From positions 153,320 through 217,319 of the forward strand of contig NMRA01000640.1 in assembly GCA_002633005.1 (NCBI GenBank): a stretch of DNA of 64,000 nt, in the 5' to 3' direction. The translations under genes and the position numbers were made by a program. This document shows, in pieces, positions 1 through 11,213 of this stretch; position 1 is the first letter of the stretch; every line of letters begins with the position of its first letter. Source of the stretch: Phoronis australis. Its lineage: Eukaryota; Animalia; Phoronida. Under the pieces are notes generated by a model. It was given only the letters and a program-made list of their open reading frames with translations. It made no database searches and was not told where the DNA came from.

Positions 1-1528
1 ATTTCTCTCCGGCCACTATACATGTAGATATGAACTTTGGGGCAGTGATTGTCAAGCCCGTCCATTGAGAGGTTTCACCACACAGAACAACGAATTGTTG
101 AAATTTAGATTATTTGATGAAGCATGTTGACGAGTCCTCTTTCAGATGTTAAGTTCCATGTTTGGATTACTTGATAACCTTTCCATACGTTGCAGTTGCA
201 TGCAAGTTGCAGAAATTCTAGCCTGGTTTTGAGACTATTTTCGTGTATAACACATTGTGCTGGTTTTGCTTGAATAAAAGTTGCCTGCAACAGTTATTCA
301 AGGTTGATACTTTTAGCTTGGATTCGGTATCGATATAACTTGAATGACACAGGTAAGAGAATAATTCAAAGCGACTTCTGCGGACTAGAAATCCACCTTG
401 AATACTGGAAAATATAACTATGTCAAAATGGATATACATGTACATGTAGCGCTGATGACAAATTATTTCAACTTCATGTTTTCATATAAAGAGAAAGCGA
501 AAAAATCTGTCCTCTTAATTAGGTTACATTACAAACTATTAACATTGCATCCAGGTTTTGTGACACCACAGTCTCACCAGTCAAATAACGGTGAAGAAAA
601 TTCAATCTCAATATATACATGAACACAACCTATAGTCACAATAATATAAAATCGTGAAATAATCAATCTCACTTCTTGGTTCGCTGGAAACAAAGCGCAC
701 AAAAACAGTTTTCATGACAAGCTTACGAAGGCAAGCTTCTGAGGAATGAGCATTTCATATGAAACAGTTTAAAGGGTAGACAATCATCCTCCCTGACAAA
801 CCGCACACACCGCATCACTACTAGCAATCGTTTCATTGGAACAAAGTGATCTTCTCACAAATGGTATCTCTTATCTTACTCACCAAGAAATGTTTGTGTC
901 GCGAGGAAGAAACGTAGGTTTTTCGAATACAGTAATTTTAATTCAGTTAATTCTCCCGAAGATTTATGAAAAGTATCAGGGTCAAAACGTCATCATGAAC
1001 ATCACACGTCAGGGTATACTCATATAAGTAACATTACAAACTTCTAAAGTACTCGACCGCGGACTTGAGTCAAAAGAAGATGGTGGATTTGGTGTGACGT
1101 AAATGTTATCGTCTGCTACCGTTTCTACACCATTGTGTTTACGTTTGTTCATTCTCGAGATAACTATGACGATAACAGCGACTATGACGACAAATCCAAC
1201 GCCACTGGAGACACCAATGATTATGGGCAAAAGCGACTCGTTTTTTTCGTCCTCCTGTGACGCGGCTGTTTTCCCAATAACAGCAGGCGAAGAGGTTTTA
1301 CTATCATCTTTACCTCGTTTCCCAACACGGTCGTTTGCATTGTGATCTTTTGAGGGTATGGTACTTTGAAATGTTGCTTTAGTGCTTTCTACTAGTTCCA
1401 AGGTTGTTTGAGGAGTTGCGCTTGTGGTTGTCACTGCTTGTGTCGTCTCCAGTGAGGGTGTCGCTGTTGTAACTTGAGATGTTGGATAAGTGACCATTGT
1501 TGACATTTGGGTCGTGGCGCTATCTTTT
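1..1528. repeat. Near-identical duplicate of 4647-6196 (3' UTR plus last exon)
   Basis: Collinear high identity with small indels, ending at the n junction. Confidence 0.9.
1009..1528 (-). CDS. Truncated second copy of exon 7 (allelic contig or tandem paralog)
   Basis: 12 differences in 520 nt versus 5677-6196; similarity stops exactly at the single n at 1529. Confidence 0.7.
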
Positions 1529-3699
1529 NTAATATCGAGTTGACAGTTTAAGCATTCATCATTGATTGATGTAACCGTCACTGATAAACCTGTTAGAAAT
1601 CATTCCAAACAATATTGCTGCTTTGATGTACGAAAAGTTCCCGGGTGTTACGACAAGTATCGTAACACGCATCACAACAAACAATGGTTAACCAGACTGG
1701 CGACTGGCGCGAAGTCGATAACGACGAGTACCTCAGTTAACAGGCACCAGTAGAATAAACATGAAATAATCGTTAAAATAATTACAAACCTTACTTTTGT
1801 ATATGGTCGTGCTTACTTCCACTCATAGAAGCACTCTTTTCACGCAATCTCATATTCAGTTGGCACGGCTGCAAGCCATTTCACCATGTCTTTAAAGGGC
1901 TCGCGAAATCGAGGCTGCTCAATCTCTCACCACTAGTACACGCGCGCTCTCTACATATTTTAAATTTTTCGAATAGCCCATTGTTGAATACGAACTTAAC
2001 GCAAGACATTCTCGTAAAATTTGCCCTGCATTTTTCTCGAATAGGAATACTTGACTGGAAGATTATAAATTGTTGGAATTGCAAAAGGAGGGAGTTTGGT
2101 CTTAGATTTGTCTAATTTCAACGAATTTGATGACAGTCATAGAATTTCGTTGCGAATATTTAAGGCGTATCTGTTCCTCTTTCAAGTAGTACACTTAGCT
2201 TCTCGGCTACTAAACGTGTCAGTTAGAGTCAAAATTGGTTCAAATTTGGCGCAGGCAAAATACCCTTGTGGCAACTTCGTTTGAACTATGCATTTTTCAA
2301 GGGTAATCGCCCACCATCCAATTTTCTATTTAATTAAGAACACATCTCTGGGTAAAACGCGCCAAACCCCAACTTTTAGATTCGTCAGTACAAGTGCCCA
2401 GTGGGACAACATAAACTTTTATGGCATATCATTTCTAAGAAAGACGCGCAGACCGAGTGGCGTTGTAATACATTGCGCACGTGCCCTCGACGATATTTTG
2501 GCGTAGGAAATATGACGTTTGGCAATTTTGTCATCCTCCTGTGTGTTGGAAACATCCCAGGCCCAATGAGTGTTGTTTGACTTCATCAGCTGGGGAGCTT
2601 ACTAGCGTATCTTAGAAAATTGGCGCCTGCTGAAGTGATTGCCAGCTACTGAAGTGACTGACAAGCGTGACTCATGGTATCTGAGTCACATTGTGGGATT
2701 AAATTCATCACTGTTTTCGTTCCATAAGCGAAGGTTTTTCGCCCCGAGTGCAAGCTAATGTGTTACGGTCTATGGAACTCACCCGTGATTTCATCGTGTT
2801 AGCACGCGCAACGCCATTCCGGTCACATAAGGGCGCTGTTAATAAACGAACGAACGTAACCGTGTGAACATTGTATTTAAAGGCACGAGATTGTAGCTTA
2901 CATTGAAAAAAATGGGACCTGTGAAGAGGAATATTGTAAATGAGCTAACGTTATAAACCAAAGTCGTAGTCAGGTCTTAGCTAAGGCGGTTGTAAGCCTA
3001 ACATCCATTACATTTTGGAAATATTCCATGAACGGTGGGCCATGAAGATTGCGGTAACATACCAATATTAAGGTATTTAATTAACTGCTAACAAGATGGT
3101 GTTCTCAATATGTGCTTGCGATCGTCTTACATGTTGTAAGAAAGGGCAGGGGTAGTGTTTATATCAAAGATAACTTATTTGCAGACTTGTTGAGGTTCAA
3201 TAGCATTACTGGACGTATTCATGGTTCTGACTCAATAAATCAAAACGTAAATAAAAAAAAATGTTTTTATATTCATACAAAGATAGTGTACATACATGTA
3301 ATGACTGTCAGTGTACATGATTTACTTCTTAATGCATAAAAAACGTGCCATCAATGCGCTGAAAACACGTTTCTTACTGAGCAAGTATGGTTTACTTACA
3401 AGAAAGCATGCAGCTGACAACGATCAGACGCTTCTACCCTTTACTCTAATGGGGTCTTGTTCACTGACTGTTGCCACGATAGGTCAACCTGGGTCTACGA
3501 TGAGGTCAAACACAGCGGGGAGTTTGAGGCCTTGATCACTGTTCAGGATGAGACTTGGGACAATCGCTGACACTGTTGATTTCTAGAAATTCGTCAAACC
3601 ATCCGAAATTACAATTGTGTCTTTAAGACTATGCTTTATGAGAAATAAGTCGATTTATTTCTTGACGAAAGATTATTTTGTAATCTCTTCAAAGTACTT

Positions 3700-4100
3700 G
3701 CTGGAGTCAATCGTGTTTTTTCTTGTTGACTCCAATATTCGTTTTGATGCTTGTTGTGCCCTAATGTAGACAACTTCTTTGACATTTCTTGAGTACATGT
3801 GTTCCTCTCTGACAAGGAGTTTGGCTTTGGTAGTATGTTCACTCCATAATGTATTTTCATAGACACTATCGAGTCTCTCTAATTTAGTGTTCCTCGATCC
3901 TCATAGCTAGGGTACGGTTTTTGGAGTGTTCTTTTCATGTTAACTAGTATACAGTGTATAAAACAGGATTTCTTGTCATTAGAGGTTGGATCCTTGAGGT
4001 GAACAAACTTTTCCTGGATATTGTTCATAGGTTTGAAGCAGTTTTGACCTGAAGTTGCTCAGAAAGGTTCTTCATGTAAAGGATGGCGGTAGATAACTTT
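3700..4100 (-). mobile_element. Degenerate Penelope-like retroelement fragment (linker and GIY-YIG region)
   Basis: Frameshifted peptides ILYMKNLSEQL...FKPMNNIQEKFVHLKDP..KKS and LLVREEHMYSRNVKEVVYIR resemble PLE motifs PY..LSE, FKP.N...LVHPKD and KEAIYI. Confidence 0.7.
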
Positions 4101-4189
4101 GGAACTAATACCTCTGTGTGTCCTGACCACGTTCTCGCTTGATTTGTCGAAGGAAATTGCTCCTACAAATCAGGCGACAACGCGATTTG

Positions 4190-4390
4190 GACACAGACTG
4201 GCATGAGTCCAAACAGCCATCTCCATACATCCCTCTACCAACTTGAACAGAGATCAAGACCTCCAACTCCCCGCTTGGACGCAGGTCAACCTATTGCAGC
4301 AACATACAATCAATGAACAAATGCCTTAGATTGAGGGTTGAAACGTCTGACCGTTCTTGTAAGCAAACTTACCTTGCTCAAGACTGTCGG
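4190..4390 (+). mobile_element. Penelope-like 3' end fragment in the opposite orientation
   Basis: VQTAISIHPSTNLNRDQDLQLPAW resembles the PLE C-terminal LNRD.G motif; followed by GAAACGTC at 4340-4347. Confidence 0.55.
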
Positions 4391-5676
4391 AAAGCAATGA
4401 AAAACATGTTTTATTGCATATTATTACTTTATCAGTTTTATTTGGTTTACCTAAAATGAACTAAAGTTCAGGTAACATTGCGCGTGCCGTGGGATTTGCT
4501 TCTGTCGATCGTCAATGTTGAGTGGTGAGATGAAACGATCCAATGACAAGACCTGTACAGGTATCGGAACACAAGAAGTCCGAGCGATAGCGTTCCAGGT
4601 CATTTCAGTAGGTTTAGAAGTCGATCCGCACTGTTAGTGGATATCGATTTCTCTCCGGCCACTATACATGTACATGTACATGTAGATATGAACTTTGGGG
4701 CAGTGATTGTCAAGCCCGTCCATTGAGAGGTTTCACCACACAGAACAACGAATTGTTGAAATTTAGATTATTTGATGAAGCATGTTGACGAGTCCTCTTT
4801 CAGATGCTAAGTTCCAGGTTTGGATTACTTGATAACCTTTCCATACGTTGCAGTTGCATGCAAGTTGCAGAAATTCTAGCCTGGTTTTGAGACTATTTTC
4901 GTGTATAACACATTGTGCTGGTTTTACTTGAATAAAAGTTGCCTGCAACAGTTATTCAATTCTGTTAGTGTTTAGCTTAGATTCGGTATCGATGTAACTT
5001 GAATGACACAGGTAAGAGAATAATTCAAAAGCGAGGATTGAGTATACTGCGTACTAGAAATCCACCTTGAATACTGGAAAATATAACTATGTCAAAATGA
5101 ATGTACATGTACATGTAGCGTTGATGACAAATTATTTCAACTTCATGTTTTCAAATGAAGAGAAAGCGAACAAATCTGTCCTCTTAATTAGCTTACATTA
5201 CAAACTATTAACATTGCATCCAGGTTTTGTGACACCACAGTCTCACCAGTCAAATAACGGTGACGAAAATTCAATCTCAATATATACATGAACACAACCA
5301 TTAGTCACAATAATATAAAATCGTGAAATAATCAATCTCACTTCTTGGTTCGCTGGAAACAAAGCGCAAAAAAACAGTTTTCATGACAAGCTTACAAAGG
5401 CAAGCTTCTGATGAATGAGCATTCCATATGAAACAGTTTAAAGGGTAGACAATCATCCTCCCTGACGAACCGCACACACCGCATCACTACTAGCAATCGT
5501 TTCATTGGAACAAAGTGATCTTCTCACAAATGGTATCTCTTATCTTACTCACCAAGAAATATTTGTGTCGCAAGAAGAAACGTAGGTTTTTCGAATACAG
5601 TAATTTTAATTCAGTTAATTCTCCCGACGATTTATGAAAAGTATCAGGGTCAAAACGTCATTATGAACATCACACG

Positions 5677-6273
5677 TCAGGGTATACTCATATAAGTAAC
5701 ATTACAAACTTCTAAAGTACTCGACCGTGGACTTGAGTCAAAAGAAGATGGTGGATTTGGTGTGACGTAAATGTGATCGTCTGCTACCGTTTCTACACCA
5801 CTGTGTTTGCGTTTGTTCATTCTCGAGATAACTATGACGATAACAGCGACTATGGCGACAAATCCAACGCCACTGGAGACACCAATGATTATGGGCAAAA
5901 GCGACTCATTTTTTTCGTCCTCCTGTGACGCGGCTGTTTTCCCAATAACAGCAGGCGAAGAGGTTTTACTATCACCTTTACCTGGTTTCCCACCACGGTC
6001 GTTTGCATTGTCATCTTTTGAGGGTATAGTACTTTGAAATGTTGCTTTAGTGCTTTCTACTAGTTCCAAGGTTGTTTGAGGAGTTGCGCTTGTGGTTGTC
6101 ACTGCTTGTGTCGTCTCCACTGAGGGTGTCGCTGTTGTAACTTGAGATGTTGGATAAGTGACCATTGTTGACATTTGGGTCGTGGCGCTATCTTTTGAGC
6201 ATCGGAACAAAGTGACGTCATCAATTGCAATATCACCATAAAAGGACGTACCACGCGTTGCATTCACGACGAT
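5677..6273 (-). CDS. Exon 7: MAM end, Thr-rich stalk, TM helix, cytoplasmic tail
   Basis: IVVNATRGTSFYGDIAIDDVTL (MAM end), T/S-rich stretch, TM IIIGVSSGVGFVAIVAVIVIVI then SRMNKRK, stop TGA; TTCCAG acceptor in phase 0. Confidence 0.93.
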   Translation of the reverse strand: MVVNATRGTSFYGDIAIDDVTLFRCSKDSATTQMSTMVTYPTSQVTTATPSVETTQAVTTTSATPQTTLELVESTKATFQSTIPSKDDNANDRGGKPGKGDSKTSSPAVIGKTAASQEDEKNESLLPIIIGVSSGVGFVAIVAVIVIVISRMNKRKHSGVETVADDHIYVTPNPPSSFDSSPRSSTLEVCNVTYMSIP

Positions 6274-6297
6274 CTGGAACCAACAACAAACATGAAA

Positions 6298-6546
6298 CAT
6301 GCGTGCACCCAGTGGAAGCTCGGGGGGCTCGAACGAGCCCCCCCCTCATTTGGCGAAGTGGGCAAAAGGACCGCCCATGAGAAGTAAAAAGTCCGAGAAA
6401 ATGAGGCAAATGTCCACTAAACAAACACAAACGCGCAATTCACAGTGGTGCCCCGTTTTTTTACTTAGTCCACCCGCTTTTTCTTACCGAAAGTTCCGCA
6501 ACGTCAGGAATTCGAGCCCCGAAACTGAAGGCTGGGTGTGCGCATG
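6298..6546. mobile_element. MITE family A (CATGCGyGCACCCAG TIRs, 5-bp TSD)
   Basis: TIRs catgcgtgcacccag / ctgggtgtgcgcatg; TGAAA on both flanks; related copies near 36342, 44338, 48322 and 61020. Confidence 0.88.
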
Positions 6547-7131
6547 TGAAATAAAACACTTTTCAAATGTTGCAGAACCTTAAATGATTTCAAATTTCTC
6601 ATTTGCAGACACAATGTTTCAGTCTTTGATATGACTATTAGTCATGATTATTATCTCTACCGGAAGATTTGCATTATTATAGTCATGAAACCATTAACAT
6701 ATTTATTTTCGATTTACTTATTTCACACAGGTGCCAACAAATACAGAATACAAATGAATCAAAAGTTCAAAGAAATGATGATAGCAAGTCTAATGACATT
6801 TGACATTACGCCACCCTTAAATATTGTCACAGTAGTCATGATGACATCAGAACCATTTCTAACACTATACAATTACCATCAAGAGCGATAACGTAATAAT
6901 ATGTGCCTCTAATTGACGAACGGTTTTTAATTACAGAAAATTAAGCTTCTTTTAGAAAATTATTATCAAAGTTGCCAGTAACAGGGGAATTTCGGAAGGC
7001 CAAATTAGCAGCTGCAGTGCAAATTATCCATCAGACTAGTGTCACTAGACTGAAAACTTGGAAACAGAACCTCTAGTTTGAGTTCATATCGTGGCTCGTT
7101 TCAAAGATCAATGAGTATGCGACACATATAC

Positions 7132-7280
7132 CTGAAAACGTGTAGTGAGTCTGGGGACTTCTATCTGACCTAAATGCCAAACGTCTCGTTGGTTTCCCTG
7201 GACGTGGAAAGATGTCGACAACCTAGACAAATTGTCACCAGGTTTGGATACAAATACTTCCAACGAACCCACCATGGAAT
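7132..7280 (-). CDS. Duplicate of exon 6 (copy left of the gap, probably the other allele)
   Basis: Same 149-nt exon and identical peptide, 2 synonymous differences; including both copies would shift the frame. Confidence 0.7.
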
Positions 7281-8574
7281 CTACAATAAAGAATGTGTAA
7301 GTGAAGTTAATTCTGGAAGCCACAAAAGCAAGCTTATTTAAATCATAACTTGCTGTTTCAAAAATTCTAAAATTCAATATTAAATTACGAAANNNNNNNN
7401 NNNNNNNNNNNNNNNNNNNNNNNNNNNNNNNNNNNNNNNNNNNNNNNNNNNNNNNNNNNNNNNNNNNNNNNNNNNNNNNNNNNNNNNNNNNNNNNNNNNN
7501 NNNNNNNNNNNNNNNNNNNNNNNNNNNNNNNNNNNNNNNNNNNNNNNNNNNNNNNNNNNNNNNNNNNNNNNNNNNNNNNNNNNNNNNNNNNNNNNNNNNN
7601 NNNNNNNNNNNNNNNNNNNNNNNNNNNNNNNNNNNNNNNNNNNNNNNNNNNNNNNNNNNNNNNNNNNNNNNNNNNNNNNNNNNNNNNNNNNNNNNNNNNN
7701 NNNNNNNNNNNNNNNNNNNNNNNNNNNNNNNNNNNNNNNNNNNNNNNNNNNNNNNNNNNNNNNNNNNNNNNNNNNNNNNNNNNNNNNNNNNNNNNNNNNN
7801 NNNNNNNNNNNNNNNNNNNNNNNNNNNNNNNNNNNNNNNNNNNNNNNNNNNNNNNNNNNNNNNNNNNNNNNNNNNNNNNNNNNNNNNNNNNNNNNNNNNN
7901 NNNNNNNNNNACTTAGTCCGCCCGCTTTTTCTTACCGAAAGTTCCGCAACGTCAGGAATTCGAGCCCCGAAACTGAAGGCTGGGTGTGCGCATGTGAAAT
8001 AAAACATTTTCAAAGGTTGCAGAACCTTAAATGATTTCAAATTTCTCATTTGCAGAAACAATGTTTCAGTCTTTGATATGACTACTAGTCATGATTAATA
8101 TCTTAACCGGACGACTTGCATCATTATAGTCATGAAATCATTAACATATTTATTTTCGATTTGTTTATTTCACACAGGTGCCAACAAATACAGTATACAA
8201 ATAAAACAAAAGTTCAAGTGCAAAGAAATGATGATAGCAAGTCTAATGACATTTGACATTACGCCACCCTTAAATATTGTCACTGTAGTTATGATGACGC
8301 CAGCACCATTTCTAACACTATACTATTACCATCAAGAGCGATAACGTAATGATATGTGCCTCTAATTGACGAACTGTTGTTAATTACATAAAAGTAAACT
8401 TCTTTAAGAAAATTATTATAGAAGTTGCTAGTGACAGGGGAAGTTCCGAAGGCAAAGTTAGCAGCTGCAGTGCAAATTATAGTGTCACTAGACTGAAAAC
8501 TTGGAAACAGAAACTCTAGATCGATTTCATATCGGGGCTCGTGTCAAAGATCAATGAGTATGCGACAGATATAC

Positions 8575-8723
8575 CTGAAAACGTGTAGTCAGCCTGGGGA
8601 CTTCTATCTGACCTAAATGCCAAACGTCTCGTTGGTTTCCCTGGACGTGGAAAGATGTCGACAACCTAGACAAATTGTCACCAGGTTTGGATACAAATAC
8701 TTCCAACGAACCCACCATGGAAT
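8575..8723 (-). CDS. Exon 6, MAM domain (copy right of the gap)
   Basis: DSMVGSLEVFV...VQGNQRDVWHLGQIEV...RFQ; phase 1-0. Confidence 0.88.
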
Positions 8724-9448
8724 CTACAATAAAGAATGTGTACATGTAAGTGAAGTTAATTCTGGAAGCCACAAAAGCAAACTTATTTAAATTATAACTT
8801 GCTGTTTCAAAAATTCTAAAATTCAGTATTAAATTACGAAACTGAAATTTAGATTTATTTTTTCAGGAAGTTAAAGGGATTATGTTGTACTTGTATAATC
8901 CATGTTCTGGAAGTTAATAAACAACTTTTTTGACAAACGAATAGTATTTGCCCTTTCACAGGATTGGCATCACGTTTCCACACTTTCGTTGAATTAAAAA
9001 TGACTCTACCAAATGCCCACCATACCATGTCGGTCTTACATGTCACTGACTGAAATGTATCCACCTTGACATGCAAATTAATTAGCTGTGTTTGAAGTAA
9101 GAACGAAATATCAGTTCTTATCAAACGAATTTAATGTGAAAAGAAAGATACAACTGGAGATGAAACCGAGCGTCAGTGCGGCAAATCCTAGCTAATCGTG
9201 AAGCGTTCATGCGTTTAAGAAATTCGAAGTGCATTCCTTTCCTTATAGCCCTTTTCCAAGATAGGATTTTTGTCCAGGGTCCCTTGAATTCATGGTGCTA
9301 ACCTGTTTGGTCAGGGCGGGAGACCGCCAAAGGTTTAAATGACCTTGTGTTCAGCGTTTTCAACGTCAGCGGTTATACGCCTTGTGCAACGAGATAGCGA
9401 TGTTGTGCCACATTCGGCCCTGCTCAAGCAGAAGTGGTTTAGTCAGGG

Positions 9449-9814
9449 TTACCATAGAATCATACGCGCGAGCATCGCATCTTATGCACGAACCACCTAC
9501 AAACCTATGAATCATGCATACGAACCCAAAAATCACGCATACGAACAAAAATCATGCGCCCAAACCACAAAAATCATACACACGAGCATTGAATCACACG
9601 CATGAACACTTTATCGTTTGGTGTTCGTGCGTCGGATTCGGATGCTTGTGCGTACATGTATGATTTGTGTTAATATGTGTGATATTTTTGTGGTTCGTGC
9701 GCACGGTTCTTGTTTGTATGCGTGATTAATTGGTTTGTTTGCATGAATCATAGGTTTGCAGGTGACTCGTGCGTATGATTCGGATGCTCGTGCGTATGGT
9801 TCCCCTGATGGTAA
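9449..9814. mobile_element. Foldback element, ~365-bp imperfect palindrome built from ~20-bp subrepeats
   Basis: Ends TTACCAT...ATGGTAA; left arm units like AATCATGCATACGAAC mirrored by right arm GTTCGTGCGTATGATT; centre near 9610-9620. Confidence 0.8.
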
Positions 9815-9975
9815 GTGTGCCTTATACATGTAATTACAGTAATTTAACCAACATACGTTCTCAGAGTGATTAGCTATGACTAGGCTTTGTCCAGTTTTCG
9901 TACTGCATGACTACATATTATGCAAGTAAACTTCGAAGTTTTTCTTTTACTTGAAATGTGATCCATGCAACTTAC

Positions 9976-10119
9976 CGCTCATGCCTGTAACGCCGCTATA
10001 CATGTGGTACCAGAACTGGAAGCAGCTACCACTCCACCTAGCGGAGAAATTCCGCGAAATTAGAACGGCCGATTCTCCTTCCTTCCGCGGGGAAGACGAC
10101 TCGGTGAAGAGAAAATGAC
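9976..10119 (-). CDS. Exon 5, MAM domain middle
   Basis: GHFLFTESSSPRKEGESAVLIS...CFQFWYHMY MAM signature; TTTAG acceptor, GTAAG donor. Confidence 0.92.
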
Positions 10120-10460
10120 CTAAATGCAAACGAAATCATTTGAAAAGCTATCAAAAAGTCCTATCAAAAGTGCTTATCTTCTTCAAAGACCACTGGCGTA
10201 GCCAGAAGTATTCAACAGAGCGAGCCAAAATTGTTCGCAACCGAGGGTGAAATGACGAGCAAACTAAGAGCACTTGTGCAGCGGTTTAGATCATAAAACT
10301 GGTCTCAACAGGTGCGTTACTCATTGATCTCTGGGCTTAAATACAGAGCATATAAAACTTGCAGTTCCCTGTAGCTTAAGAGCAAGTTAAGTTGGTTTTC
10401 ACTTCAAGTTATTTTACGCGCTGAACTCACTTCTAATCTGGGAAGAACAATCTGAGACCA

Positions 10461-10613
10461 CAGGGGCGGATCCAGGATTTTTAAAAAGGGTGTTGGACCA
10501 AGGATTTTTTAAAAAGGGGGTCCAAGTCAACAATTTGAAAATTCTAGATTTGATATTACTAAATCAAGGGAAAAGGGGATTCCGAACCCCTTTGACCGCT
10601 GGATCTGCGTATG
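10461..10613. mobile_element. MITE family B (CAGGGGCGGATCCAG TIR)
   Basis: caggggcggatccag ... ctggatctgcgtatg; flanks GACCA/AACCA (5-bp TSD, 1 mismatch). Confidence 0.8.
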
Positions 10614-11051
10614 AACCACGGTCATAAATATTCGCCAATGCGTGTGTGATCACGTGCTTCGCTTGCAATGTTCGTAAGTAAATATCACGAACACTCGCGT
10701 GATCAAACCTAACCCAGCTTACAGCGATTGCCAACGTGGTCTTAACAAAAGTTAATTATCTTTGCGGAAGGTAAGATTGAAGTCGTTTTGATGTAAATTA
10801 TAGCATGTATAACTAATTCAGCAATTCACGACACTGTCAGTCACCATTTGGCAATAAGTTAATGGCACCGGTAAGCCAAACATTAGACAACTTCGACAAA
10901 GCACGATACCTTAAAATTTTGCAGTTGTCCAGCTGTACGATTCAGAAATTTAATCAGGGCCACGGAACCAGCACGCATCCCACCATGTTACTTTGAGGGT
11001 ATGAAATGGCGACTTACGGCAATTCAAAATAAGTGAATCCGCATACAATAC

Positions 11052-11213
11052 CTTTATTGCTACCAAGGGTGTGATCCACTGACGGGCCAGTCGACCGTGT
11101 TGGCGTTGTACTGTCGCGGGTCCAGTCAAAGTCGTCACTTGAACTTTGTGACCATCCACATCGATTCCTTTCAAAGTTACAGGAATGTAGCGTAACTTCA
11201 GGAGTTGGACTAG
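11052..11213 (-). CDS. Exon 4, MAM domain N-terminal part
   Basis: Manual translation HSCNFERNRCGWSQSSSDDFDWTRDSTTPTRSTGPSVDHTLG, the canonical MAM start; phase 1-1. Confidence 0.92.

Larger units (their letters stand above)
6463..8841. repeat. Duplicated segments 6463-7392 and 7911-8841 flanking a 518-N gap
   Basis: Direct, near-identical copies abutting both sides of the gap, typical of a haplotype overlap. Confidence 0.9.

Noticed and set aside
5395-5440. CTGATGA...GAAAC hammerhead-like core in the 3' UTR (CTGAGGA in the other copy)
   Set aside because: Stem II is out of register and no stem III partner with an NUH site was found
7108-8061. 317-aa ORF
   Set aside because: Spans the N gap; only 7132-7280 is a real exon
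9449-9814. CRISPR-like periodic repeats
   Set aside because: No unique spacers, the arms are inverted, and it lies in a eukaryotic intron; better explained as a foldback element
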